Positions 19,744-34,700 are shown, numbered from the stretch's first letter. The stretch: 64,000 bases of DNA from an uncultured Aureispira sp. (GCA_964526715.1 CAZGMB010000024.1:6324-70323), one strand, 5' to 3'. Notes: a model not told the origin generated them from the sequence alone. Numbers and translations are program-made.

Positions 19744-22700
19744 TTACTCAACTATGATCATTTTCTTAGTCGCAGTAAAGTCTCCACTTTCAAGAGTGTA
19801 ATAAAGTACACCACTAACACCTAATTGCTCTTTGGTGAATACTTCATTGTTCATACCTTTTACAGCATCAATGTTTCTAACAACTACAAGTTTACCAGTC
19901 AAGTCATAAACACTTAGTGTAGCTGTAGCTGCTTGTGGCATACTGAAGCTTACTGTGGTTTGACCTCTGAATGGGTTTGGTTCGTTTTGGAACAATTCGA
20001 TTACTGAAATCGGTGCAGTACGTACGTTAAGTTTTACTCCTGCTACTTTCAGGTCGCTTGAGTAAGACTCTGCTTTAGTTACATTTGAATTCAATGTCAT
20101 CATTTCACTTACACTGGTTGCTTTGTCTGCTTTAACAGATATAGTGAAAAGTACTTCATTACTACTCAAATCTACATTCTCAACAGCTGCATAACTCATG
20201 GTTACATTGCCATTTTCAAGAATTCCTATATTAGCATTGTTGATATCTAAAGATCCACTGTTTACACCTACAAGCTTAGCATCTTTAAGGTTCATTGTAA
20301 ACTGGAATCCTGCCAACTCATCCATATTAGATGCTGTAAATGGTATTTCTACGGTTTGTCCAGCTTCTATATTGGTTTCATCAACATTAAAGATAATTCC
20401 TGTATTTGATCTTGGCTCTGTAAGCGCATTTACCACATCAGTAGTAGCACTAGAGTTAACATCTCCAATTTTTACAGCTACTAAATCCTGACCTGTTTTG
20501 GTCTCATTCAAACCTTGATATTCAAAAGCATCAGTGTAAGGGAATGGATTCTTAGCATCTAAAGTTTGTCCTTTAACAGGGAATCTCCAGCTTGCATTTC
20601 TGAATTCATCATTTACACCCAAGATTACTTTACGTAATTCTGTAAGGTCACTTGCTGTTACTCTTCCGTCATTGTTTGCATCAGATGCAATCACTTTGTA
20701 GGTATCATTAAAGACATCTAATCCTAAAATGTGTCTCTGAATCAATACAAGGTCAAGCGTTGTAACACCGTTAAGGTAATCACCACCTTTAGCTGCAGAT
20801 ACTTCATAATCCATATCTGAAACTACTTCCATTACATAATTACCAGCTGCATCAGGTTGAACTGTTTTAGGGAACTCAGGTAAATTAGTTTCAAATGTTA
20901 CGTTTACATTTTTAACTGCATTACCAGTTGAAGTCAATACTGTACCAGAAACGATAGGTTTGTTAGTATCACAACCTCTGATATTAAGTAAAGTTGAGCA
21001 GAAGTCTGTATTCCAAGCTTCATCCCATACACTTACTTCAACAGTAAAGTCACCACATGTTGTCCAAACTTTTCCAGCGCTTCTTGCTGATGGTAACCAC
21101 TTATAAGCTCTACCTTGAGCATATTCTGCTGCTGTTGCATTTACACTTCCGTTTGCACCTGCTTTGTAGAAGTGCTCGTCATTGATTCTAGAATATATTG
21201 GAGCCACTTTATCAAATGTAAAGTATAGTTTAGACTGAGGTGTACAGTTATCAAATGCACCTTTGTCGAAATCTTTAGCCCACAATTCAACCATCTTAGG
21301 ATTAGTCTGCATTACAGCTGTGTTGATGCTTACACAGTAAGGCGTAGGTGCTTTTTTGTCCACTACCATTACTGTACTTTCACATTGTGCTACATTACCA
21401 CATCCGTCAGTTACTTTCCACAATACTTTGTGGCTAATGTTCTCTGCGTCTAAGATAAACGCTGTCGCACCTGTTCCTACTGGTATTTTCACAGTCTCAC
21501 CACTTGCTTTTGTAGGTCTGATGTACGTTACATACACTAGATCTGCCAATGGTGCTCCTGGATGTTGTTGCTGTAATTGTGCCCAAACTGGGTTTGGTGC
21601 TCCTGTAGCCAACAATCTTGTTTGAGCTACCCAAATACCATTCCATGATTTGTTCACAAAGCTTGATGCTAATCTGTCTACTGTACCATTGGCCCAGCCG
21701 TCAAAGAACATCTGCCACTTAATCCAGCTTTCGTCAGCACATACTAACGCGTCTGTTGCTGATGCTTCTAGTGCTACCTGAGCCTCACATCCTCCGTTAG
21801 GATTAAGTGCGCTTGGGTTTGCTGCAAACATCTGATCTTGACATGTCAATACTGGTTCGATTTCGTCTTTGTAAGTATAGAAGTGAACAAATGGTCCTCT
21901 ATCTTCACCAGTACACCAGTTTTTATAGTTGTACTCTACTCTCCACTTCTTACAAGCTCCATCTTCGAATAAGAAAGTATCAATTTTGATATTCTCACCG
22001 ACGATATCACACTGACCGTAATTTACTATTGGTTTCTTGATAACAGGATTGTTAGCATCTCTAGCATCTGCTAAGTCAAAGCTACACTTATTCCACTCAG
22101 TCGTTGTATTATTTTGTGGGAACGTCACTGTAAATGGTGCCGTAATCGTCGTAACTGTAATGAATTGAACACATGTAACTACTGTATTACCTTTAGTTAC
22201 TTTGAATGTTCTTCTTAGTGTTCCACTCTTACAAACATCATTGAATTGTCCAACCCACTGGTCTCTGTATGTAATGTCTATGTTAGAACAAAGATCATAT
22301 GCTTTAGGTAATCCTGTCATGGTAAGGCTAGAACTAACTGGCGTGTCAGCATCTAAACTTAAGTTCAACTCCATATCACATGTTACTGTAACATCAGCAG
22401 GACAAACCAAAACTGGAGGAAGCTTATTCTCTACTCTTACAGTCACCCAAGTGGTATTGTAATTATCTCTCATTCCATTAATGATAAGATTATCACCGTA
22501 CACACCATTCATGTTACCATCATCCCATACTCTCAATTCCACATCGTGTAATCCAAACTCAGCTCCTGCAGGGATATCCTCACAACAGAACTTAACATAT
22601 TCACCACCATCTGTATCAATGATAATATTATTATCTCTAGTATCATTAGGGTGTGCCCATACATTGTTTGGAACGTTGTCCACAGGTGAGTGATTGTATG

Positions 22701-25700
22701 TGCTATTGTTATTATGATTGTTTGCTCCTATGTTTCCACATGAACCACCACTCAATCTTCTAACTTCAAGTTTCACATCTGTACAGTGGTCATATGAACC
22801 ATTATCAGCTGCGTCTGCATAAAGTTTAGCAAAACCGTCACCTTCACCACCGGTAAGACTTAAAACTATGTTTTGTAAGCCTATCGCTACTGGTGGACTA
22901 AAGTCACCTACAGTTACGTAGTAATAACATCTAGAAATATTACCACACTCATCCATGATAGTATACTCTACTAAATGTCTTCCTTTTTCAAGACCTTCCA
23001 CTCTAACTTTAATATCGTGTTCGTCGTGTCCAAGGAAACCACCTGTTACTATGGTTCTTCCTGGTCCAAATACTTTTGCAGTAAATGAAGCAACAGAAGA
23101 ACAACCATCAACCATTACAGCTGGTACAGGTAAGTCACTATGTGCAACACATCCCCAAGGATCTACACCAATAGTGATATCGTCAGGACATTCGATAATC
23201 TTAGGTCCTTTAGTATCGTTAACTTTGATAACCTGAACATGTACTCTTGGATTTGTAGAAGATAGTGGTAAACACATATTTCTAACTTTCCAAGTTCTCA
23301 ATATTTCATAACTACCTGGACAAATGTCAAAGATTTCGTCAGAAACATTTACACTCACCATACATAGGTTACCTGTTTTATTAACCGGTGTACCATTTAA
23401 TGATGGGAAGCCTGTATTGGAAGCATTGGTAAGACTTGGCGTTTGTTTAACGTCAGTACATTCTAATGCTTTGTCATTAGTAAAGTCTGCCGGCCAAACA
23501 ATGTTATCAAGATTTAAACCTTCAATAGTTATGATTTGGTCACAGCTTACTGTCTCACCATTACCATATGTTGAAGTCCAAGTTCTTGTTATGATTGCTC
23601 TCGGTGTAGCACACTGACCTCTATCATCAAACCAATCTTTGTAAGTGATTACTGCACCTGGCTTACAAGTTCTTAAGAAAGCTTCACCAGTTTTCAATGC
23701 GCCAGGTACTTTCGTTCCATCTGCCAAAGTGATGATAAATCTTTCATTTACATCTGTATTACAAGTTACTGTAACATTCGCAGGACAATTGATTTCAGGA
23801 ACCAATTTCTCCTCAATTGTCACTGTACCCCAACAACTGTTGCCTGTACCATTACAATCTACGATGCTCACTTTGAAAGTCTGATCTTTGTCGGAGATGT
23901 CAAAGAAGTTTGCATGAGGGATACCACTTAAAGTAGTAATCTCAATACAATATCTGTCAAAACATCTGTAATCATTACCTTCTAACAACATATCAGGATT
24001 AATTCTAGCTTCACAATTGTTGTCTAGAGATAAGTTGATATGGTCATTACAAGTAATCGTGTTACTTGGGATGTTTTCTTGTACCACTACAGTAAATGAA
24101 CATGTTGCAGTGTTACCTGCGATATCAGTTGCTGTTGCTGTAATTACGGTAGTACCAATCGGCAAATTAAGATTTGCAGGACTGTAAGTTACTACTGCAC
24201 TACAATTGTCTGTGGCAGGTACAGCACCAGGCCATTGGAAGGTACATTGACCTGATCCTAGTCTGAATGTCTGGTTACCCGGACAAATAATAGATGGTCT
24301 AGTAACGTCCCTTACAGTTACCGTTGCAAAACAAGCTGCTTCATTTCCACAATCATCAATTACTTTAACCAATACTTGATTTGGACCTAAGTCTGCACAA
24401 GTAAAGTTCAATTTTGACAATTGGAAAGTAAGGTCTGCTGCTGCACTACATGCATCAACTGCACCAGCTATTCCACCTTCGATCACATCACCCGCAGTGA
24501 TAGATACTTTTCCATCTGCATCAAGATCTACATTAATATTTTTACATGTAAACACAGGTGGTCTAGTGTCTCTAATTGTAATTCTTTGAACACCACTACT
24601 TCTATTTCCACAAGGGTCAGTTGCTGTCCAAGTTCTAGTAATGACACCTGTAAATCCACAAGTTCCTGGAGCAAAAGTCTCAGTAAATTCTATACAAATG
24701 AACTGAGAAGGTGCACAGTTGTCAACAGCGGCTGCTACTCCAAACTCTGCAAATGTTGCAGTTGGTGCAAAACTTCCTGTTGCAGGATTACAAGTAAATG
24801 ATTTAACTACATATGGTCCTGTACATTCAACAGTTACGTTCAATGGAACCGTAATTTCAGGAGCTTTAGAGTCTCTTACAGTAACTACTTGATTCCAAAT
24901 TTGTGCGTTATTGGATGCATCTCTTACAGTCCAAATGTTAGTCAATGTGTAATTGTAATGAGCACACAATGCTTGGTTAGGACTCTTAGTAGAGTTTTGT
25001 ACAAAAGCAATGGTCGGTGCAGCAGTACAGTTATCTTCTACATCATTTGGATTTAATACCAATGGTGCAGGTACATTATCACATTCTACAGTGATATTTT
25101 GTGGTTTACCCACCAATATCTCTGGTTGTTGTGAATCTAAGACTAAGATAGTAAATGTACAAGTCGCTGTATTACCATCATTGTCAGTAGCAGTATATCT
25201 GATGGTGTAAGGTCCTCCTACAGGTATTACATCTCCAGGTACAAATTGATTTGTTGGAGCGGCAACCACTGTAAGTGGAACATCACAGTTATCCACTGCA
25301 TATGGTATATCCCAATTTACTTTTGCACTACAACGATCTACGTCATTATTCACCATGATCATTGAAGGACAATTAGTAAAGAATGGCATTGCTCTGTCTA
25401 CTACAGTAATGTTCAATGAACAACTACCTTCATTACCAGCAGCATCTCTTACATAATATCTCAATACACTTAAACCTTCTTCAAAATCATAAGCTACATT
25501 TCTATTTCCGCCTGCAGCAATAAGCTGTGTAAGTGTAAATGGTCCTGCTACAGTTCCATCAGGGTTAGTGATGCTGTATGTGTAAACCGTAACTCCACAA
25601 TTATCCGCAGGTATAGGGTGTGTCCAAGACATCTGGCTTTCGCATCTAAAGATTTCCGTAACTAATGGATTGTTAGGAATAGATGCACAACTTACAGTTG

Positions 25701-28700
25701 GCACTTGTCTGTCTTCAACAGTCACTCTGATTGAACATGTACTTGTATTACCAGCTACATCTGTTGCAGTCCATATTACTGTAGTTGTACCCACAGGGAA
25801 TACAGCACCCGCAAGTGTAGCTGTGTTGTTAAAGTTATTTCTAAGTGTAACGGCTCCTGTACAGTTATCAGCTGCAGTTGCATTTAATGCTGTTGCAGGA
25901 ACTGTATATGAACATGCGTTATTGTCAGCTGAGAATACAAATGGACTACCCGCAGGGCAAGTAATAGTAGGTACTTGTCTGTCTACCACCACGATGTTAA
26001 ATGAACATGTGCCTATCAAAGTACCATTTGCTTCAGTAATTCTGTATGTTACTGTACTTGTACCCAAATTGAATACTGAACCCGCTGCGCTATTGTTACC
26101 GGAAGCTGATGTAGCACCTGTAATTGTGTATGTCACAGTGTAAGGACAGTTGTCAAAATTGAATCTTGGAGCCACTGCATCAGCGGTAGAAGTCCAAGTA
26201 CAAGTGTTATTGTCTGTTTGGAATGTTTGCGTTACAGATGGACAGTAAATCTCAGGGTTCTGAGTATCTACAACCGTCACTGTAAATGTACATACCGCAG
26301 TATTGTTATTAGCATCAGTTGCTAAGTATCTGATCACATAAGTTCCTATTGGCCAAGTACCACCTTGAGCAGGACCTGCATCAGTTCTTTGAACATTAGT
26401 ATATCCACAGTTATCAGAAGCAATTGGATTTGCCCAAGTTACTGTAGATGAACATAAATCTGGAGAGTTGCTTGCTGTAAAGTTGGATGGGCATTGTACA
26501 AATACCGGAACGGTATTGTCCGTAACCACCACATCAAAGAAACAAGTATTAATATTACCGTTAACGTCTCTCACGTTATATCTCACTCTTGTAGTACCTA
26601 CAGGGAAGTTATAAGTTGTAGCTAATGAGCCACCACTCAATAATGTTCCTGTTAGGTTGAATGGTCCAAAAATATCACCATTCGGTAACTCCAATCTGTA
26701 AGTATATAGACTTATTGTACAATTATCTGTAGGTGTAGGATGATTCCAAGAATGTGGCGCCGCACAATCTGCATCATCAGCACCTGTATTAAGCGCAACA
26801 TTAGTAGGACAAGCAATCGTTGGTACGACATTGTCTCTTACTTCAAAGTTAACTGTACATAGACTTGTGTTACCTGAACCATCCGTTGCAATAAAGTCAA
26901 TCGTGTAGAAACCAGGTCCATAATTACCTGTAGCGTCTGCTCCAGCATTAAAGAAAGGATCATTATGATTGATGGAAGCTACTGAACAATTGTCAGTCGC
27001 TGTTGCCACTAAAGGAATATTCACTACACATGCATTTGCAGGTACAAAGTAAACTGCCTGAACAGATGGACAAGTAATTACTGGAGCAGTAACGTCTCTT
27101 ACGACCACGGTTGCTGTACATGTAGATCTGTTACCCGCTGCATCAGTCACGGTATAGGTTACAAAAGAAGTACCTAAGTTAAATGTTTGAGTAGTAGGTA
27201 CACTGTTTTGACCTGTAGCAGGGCTATTTGCGGTAGTTACACCAGTAATAGCATAGGTTACTGTAAGGCCTGCAGTCATACAATTATCACTAAACACAGC
27301 TGCGTAAGGAGCAGGTAAAACGCCTACACAAGTAGCATTTGCATTTAATGTGATATCTTGAGGACAAGAAACTACTGGAGCATCATCGTCAGTTACGGTC
27401 ACGTCTACTGCACAAGTACTGGTATTTCCACCAAGGTCTGTAGCTATGAAAGTAACTCTAGTTGTTCCTGATATACCATTAGTACCTGGATAGAACAAAC
27501 CTGAAGTAAATCCTGAAACAGCTGTAGCTGCACTAGTAGCCGCAGGATTTGGCAATTGTGATGGAGCTGCTGCACCATTTCCAAAGAAATGAGAAATAGC
27601 AACATCTGTACAATTGTCACTCACTGTAGGTTGTAATGGCACGAATGCTGTACATCCCGCAGAAGGATCTGTACCCACAGTTACATTAGCTGGACAAGTT
27701 ATTACCGGGTCTCTGTCGTCTACAACTGTAATCACGAATGAACAAGTTGCAGTGTTTCCACTCATATCTGTTACTAAATAACTTTCAGTATGTGTACCTG
27801 CTCCATAATTTTGAACAGCTGCACCTTTACCGTTAGTTAATTGGGTAATAAACATAGGACAGTTGTCAGAAGCCACTGGAGCTGTATAAGCAATATTTAC
27901 AGAACAGTCATTAGCCGTAGCTGGTTGAGTGATCACAAAACCTCCTACAGGTGCTGATGGTGTCACCGTAAATCCTGCATTAGTAATATTAATTGTAATA
28001 TTTTCTGGACAACCTGTAAACTGTGGTAATACATTATCAACAACGGTTACCGTGAAGGTACATACTGAGATGTTTCCACTGGCATCAGCTGAAGAATAGG
28101 TAACTACTGATGTACCTTTTGCAAAAACATATGCATTTACTGCACCTGTTCCGTTAGCTACGGTTTGATCAGGGTTTAGTATAGAATATGTCAATACCGG
28201 TGGTACAGTACAATTATCTGTATTGGTTACCGGAGCTAAGCTTCCACTTGTCCATGTACATCCTGTATTAGGACTCACGTTCATAGTGATGTTAGCAGGG
28301 CAAACTAATGTAGGGGCAATTGCATCTACAACAGTCACATTTGCAATACATGTAGATGCATTACCATTTACATCAGAAACGAGAAGTACTACGTCATTCT
28401 GACCTAAATCAGCACATGTAAATTGACATGTACCATTAGGTGTAGTAAACGAAAACATACTATTGATTGTAACTGCAGCGCCGAGTATATTATCTACTGT
28501 ATTCATAATAAAACAGAATTGCTGACCAGCTGTTAACGTAACTGCTGTGGTTCCTGTTTGATTATTTAACCCTGAATTATTAGTCAATTGACTTGTTACA
28601 CCATTAACACTATATAAGAAAGGGTCATAGAATGGACCGTCAACATCCATTGTTTGATAATTCCATGAAAAACTTAATGTTCCGTTAACTGGTGCATTTA

Positions 28701-31700
28701 TGCAATAAGTAGTGTTTACATTACCGCCAGCACCAGTATTACTTCCAGTAATTTGAATATTACTTGGTGCACCAGCCGTATTGACGCTTCCATTACCACC
28801 ATTTGCATTGAAAGTCCAATTTGCAGGAGCAAAACTTCCAGAGAAACCTGTGGTTGTAGGACATACATTAACATTTGCAATACCACAATTGTCACTGCTA
28901 CCACCATTAACATCTGCTGCTACGATACTCGCTGTACCGGCTGCATTTAAGAAGATAGTGATGTCTTTGCATTGTGCAATAGGCTCTTCGAAATCCTGAA
29001 CAGTTGCTGTGTAAGTACAAGATACTGTTGGCGTCAAAGGAGTAAATACCCCAGCCACCAAAGTACCCGCGATGGCATGCACTGTATTCACACCAACATT
29101 AAATGCAGTGGCGTTTACAGTACTTAGTGTCACTGGTGATGCCATAGATGCGATTGTTGTCGCACCTGTCACCCAATATCTGATTGTGAACTCATCAGCA
29201 CAATCTGCATTGATTTCTGCAGGAATCAAATTCATAAATGTGTTGCAAGAGCCTGCATCAGTTGCTGCTGTAAAGTCAGCAGGACAAGTGATGATTGGTC
29301 CTGAATAAGTCACTGTAATCTCAGTAATAGTGGTACACATTGGGCCATTAGCACCATTAGTACCGTTATTAGGGTCAGTAACAGTGAGTCTGTAAACATA
29401 ATCACCTGGAGTAGCTTCAGTAACTGTAACTGTTCCAGTTGTTCCTGCGATAGGACCAGCAGTAGGACTCACTCTTTCCCAACTGTATGTATATCCAACA
29501 CCACTACCCGCTACAACAGTGCTAACTAATTGAACAGGCTGAGTGATACAAGAAGGATTTTCTATAGCAGTAAGGGTTACGATTGGTCTATTGACAACTC
29601 TTACCTCGATCGTTCCTACATAGAAACAGTCGTCACCAGCAAGACCATCAACATTATGTCCGATTCTAACATATATAGCTGCGTCAGAAGAAATATAGTC
29701 AAATGGTCCTGTAGCAGATAATAAACCTGTCGCGCCACCATTGACTGCGTTATTATAACTATTATAGTACCCAAGTACAGTTATGCTTTGTGGAGCAGGT
29801 ACTGTAGGCAATGCATACGTTATACCTGTGAAAGTACCTGAATTTCCACCTGGAGTGGTTGGACAAGTTTCTAACAAAACATCAGTAAGTGCAGGTGCAT
29901 CTATGATACTTAATGTAAATGTTGTTGCCAATTCAGCACATCCACCACATCTTTGCCATATTTGGTAAGTACCTGGAATAAATACAGGTTGGAAACTAAC
30001 CGGTGCACCATTTCCTGCAATAGTTTGCACTAAAGCATTGCCAATAGGAGCAGCTAAAGGTGAGGTAGAAAGGTTGTAATACAACTCATATGTACAAGCA
30101 GCATCAGTATTTGATGTTGTAGATAAGGTCCAACCGTTATTATTAGCACACTGAACAGCTGTGTTTGGAGATGTTTGCCATCCACCTGTTGGTGCAAAGT
30201 TCGGTTGTACTGTGATACTAAATTTAACTTCAGCACCTTGACAAGTTACACCATTTAATGTAATCTGTGGCGTTACACCGATAGTAACTACGTTAGGGAA
30301 ATTGTTTCCATTTTCACCCATCCACATTAACTCAGGTGCATTATTTGGTAAGCTATTTAAGGTACCCGGGGCTACCACAAGCGGATCGCTACTGGTAACT
30401 AAATAGGAAACTGTAGCTATCCCTACACCTGTGGCAGGATCTACCAAACATGCAGGTACCATTTGCTCTAAGTATTGTAAATCTATTTTTCCATTGTCAC
30501 CCAAACATACAGTTATGTTGTTTGGTGTGATCGCCATAGGAGGCGCAGGAAGGACGAAAGCATCCTGACTACCTACACACGCTGCATTAAACGAAGCCGG
30601 AACAGCATCGATAATAGCAGATGTTTGAGCATTGAGAGGCATTTGAATATTTGATGGATAAATTGGAGGCGTCGGACTTACTACAGGTATACCATTCCCA
30701 GCGGGGATTGAACCACAATTTGCAGTTCTAACAGGAACTACTTCCACTCTGTAACATCCCACTGCAGGGTTTATCCATGCAGGAACTATTTGCCAGCCAC
30801 CGACAACAGTATTAGTCACAGTATTAACCAATCTGTATCTCCATGCATATCCAGCCGGTGCTGTACTTCCAGCCGCAGCAGTTAAGCTACCCCCAGCACA
30901 AACCGGTGCAACGGTAAGAGTAGGCGGAGCAGGGAATGTAATGAAATCTCTGTTTAATGATCTACAAGTAATATCTGCGACTGTGCCTGCGGCAGCACCG
31001 TCAGGTGATGCACCACATGCTGTCGTTGCTCTCACATTTACTCTGATATTGTGGCAACCAGCAACAAAATTAATGGCTTGAAGGCCTGCAAGATTTACAG
31101 GACCAAACGCAGTTCCATTATTCGAACCCGTGTAGACCAACTCCATACCTGTAGGTATAGAAACTGGTGCAGAAAGGGTAACTGTAGATACATTAGTTGT
31201 AGCACCACAATTAGCTGCCATGCTTACAGTAGGAGTCACAGTGCTTAAATCAGGCCAAACAATAAATGTTCTAGTAGCCTCACAACTAGCATCAGGACTC
31301 ACGGTTCCTGCTGCGGTAGCGCCACAAGCTGATGTCAAGGCATATCTAACAGATAATGAATGACAACCCGGAGCTATATTTGTAGGTAGTGTGGTACTGT
31401 AAGCACCACCATCTAAACTATATCTAAGTTCAAAACCAGGTACTACAGCAGGTACCACATCCCAGTTTACTGAGATATTGGTATTTCCGCATGTGCTACC
31501 TTTGGTAATGGAAGTAATATTGCTGGTAACATCTGGGAAGATGGTCATTTGTACAGCGTTACTAGCCTCACAAGCAGGTAGTGCCGGAGTACCTATAGGG
31601 AATGAACCACATGCCGCTGCTAATACGTATCTAGCTCTAACTGAATAACATCCAGCTGCTGTTGTGCTTGGATTGGTTGCCCAAGTCACACCATTGTCTA

Positions 31701-34700
31701 TACTATATTGAACAGAGTATCCTGGAACAGCTGGTACAGTAGGTAATGTAAACATAGTAGCACATGTATTTGCCGTAGCTGTAATAGTTGGCGGTGGTGG
31801 CGTATTGTGTAAGTAAATTGTTGAACTGACTCCACATGCGGGATCAATTGACTCTCCGCTGGTACCTGCTAAAGTACTTCCACAATCAGCAGCCAACACA
31901 TATCTTGCTGCAACAGGTCTACAACCAACTTCAAACCAATTAGAAGGGAAAAACAATCCCGGAGCTAACCATACACCATCCCAGCTTAATTGTATATTGA
32001 ATCCAGTTGGAGGAGGAGCATAGAAAATTGTAAGACCTGCACCAGGGCACCTTTGTAAATCAGTTAAGGTTAAAGAATTAGCCCAGTTTATAATTGCACT
32101 AGTTGGGAATATAATAACATTTACAGTATTACTTTCTGCACAGGCACCTGGCCCTGCCGTTAATGGTGCTACAGTTCCACAAGCCGCAGTATTGACATAT
32201 CTAGCTTGTACTGAATAACATCCTGCTGTAGTGGGAATTACAGGTGCATCTGTCCAATCAATGATAGTCCCTGTAGATGTGTTTACTACTCTGTATTGAG
32301 TAGTGAACCCAACAAATGAAGGCACTGTCGGCAATGTAAACGCTGCATTACAGGTATTAGCTGGCGCAGTAATTACCGGCGCTGCTGGATAAATCAATGC
32401 ATTTACAGGAGCACTAGCTGCACAAGCTGCATCTGCACTACTTGCACCCGCAGGGTTAGTACCACAAGCTGCCGCAAGTACGTATCTTGCTCTTACTGTG
32501 TAGCATCCTGCTAAAGTAGTGCTCGGAGCCGCCGACCAACTGCCTGAATTATTGAGTTCATATTCTACATTAAAACCAGTCACTGGTGTAACAGTAGGTA
32601 GCGTAAACATAGCATTACAACTACTTGCTGGTTGAGCTAATGTTGGCGCGGTAGGGAAAATGACTACGCTTACCGTGTTACTAGTTGCACATGCACCAGG
32701 GCCTGCTGTATTAGCCAGTGTGGCTCCACAGTCTGCTCCAAGTACATACCTTGCTGCAACTGTATAACATCCAGAAGAAGTAGGGACAGTAGGGGCAGCC
32801 GCAAATGCTCCACCATCTATAGAATACTGCACAGAAAAACCTGGAACAGCAGGAACCGCAGGTAATGTGAATGCACTATTACAAGTGTTTATTGGCGCAG
32901 TAATCGTTGGTGCCTGTGGGAAAATAACCACATTAACAGTGTTACTGATACCACAAACACTTGGCCCCGTAGCGCCCGCAGGTGTCGTTCCACACGCTGA
33001 TGCAAGAACATACTGTGCCCTTATATTGTAACATCCTGGAGTCGTAGGTAAAACAGGTGTACTGGTAAAAGCACCACCATTTATACTCCACTGAACATTA
33101 AATCCAGGAGTAGGGGTAACAGTTGGTAAAGTGAATGCTGCCGCACATGTGTTGGTTGGTGCAGTTAATATTGGAGCTTCAGGGAATATAACTACATTTT
33201 CTGCGTTGCTTGGAGCAGTACATGAAGAAGTAACTCCATCAGAAAATGAACCAGCAGGAACAATATTAAATGGCAATGAACCACAAGCTGCAGCTGTTAC
33301 GTATCTAGCCCTAATTGAGTGACAGCCTGCCGCTAAATCATTAAGCGTCACACCTACTGTTGCGTATGCATCAGAAAATGCAGCACCGTAATGACCACCC
33401 CAATATCCATTGTCAGCGCCACCATGTTCTATATAAATGGATCTTACACCAGGACCATACCCGCTGAAAGTATGCGATATCTGTAAAGGTGTTAAACCGA
33501 TAAACATTGGAGCTCCTGGAGTACCTTGACCGAAAGAAGCGATAACGTTATTTGAAGCATCTCTTAATTCGTATCTTACATAGTATGGATCTGGACCAGC
33601 TGCGCCACATAGTGCGTTTAAAAATATTGATCTAACTACCTCACCCACATTAATATCTGGAGCTGAATCCAAATATCCAGCAGTGTAACCTGCAGCTAAT
33701 AAATCAATAGTTTGGCTTTTTCTAAGGCTTGCAGTGTTTTCAGGACAGCTGCCATAAGATGTTATAAATAATGGATTAGACGCTGCCCAACCGTTTCCAG
33801 AACTTGAAATAATATTCCAACCTGAAGTACTTCCTGTTTGAGCACTATTATTACTTACTAAATTGTTAAAAGGAGTTGTGCTCCATGGTCCTCCATCTAC
33901 ACTGTATTCCACGCTAAAACCTGGAACCGCTGGTACACTTGGTAATAAAAAGTTTGAACTACAAGTATTGGAAGGAGCAACTATTGTTGGAGGAGTAGGA
34001 TAAACTACAAAATTGTGTACTTTTCTGCAAGCCGAAGGTGAATCACCATCTGCCGTAGAGTTGTCACAATTAGCCATTTGGCGTATCATTAGGTTATGAC
34101 ATCCTGGAGCAATACCTGTAGGTAAAGCTGTACTGTATGCACCACCATTAAGGCTATATTCATAAGTTACATTAGTTGGTGCCGGTGGTAATCCTGTAAC
34201 GGAAGATACCGTACCATTGCTACCACTAGAACAAGTGGTGTTCACTGTAATATTGGCAGTACTTAAATCATCAAATAAGACAAAGTTGGTTATAGCAGAT
34301 GCAGGCGTAGGATTACCTGTACCACAACCAAAAAATCCTGCAGAATTGGTATTTAATCTGTAGGATATAGTGTGACATCCTCTGCTTAATGTAGCTGGAA
34401 TCGTAGAGCTGTAAGCACCACCATCTATGCTATACTCATATGAGAAACATGAGTACAAAGGATTTGGAATAACAGAGATAGTAGCAGCGCAAGTTAGATT
34501 GCCCACTATACTGGCTGCAGCTAGTGCAGGAGGTCCGTTAGTACCAAAGTATATACTATATGTAGTAGTAGTACTTGGTATCATCATACCTGGAGTATAG
34601 GTGTTGCCACCACAAGTAACATTAGTAGTAGCAAAAACAGCTACCGTAATACAGTGTGGCCCTGCTGGGACACCGCTAGGTAAGCTATTGGCAAATGCCG

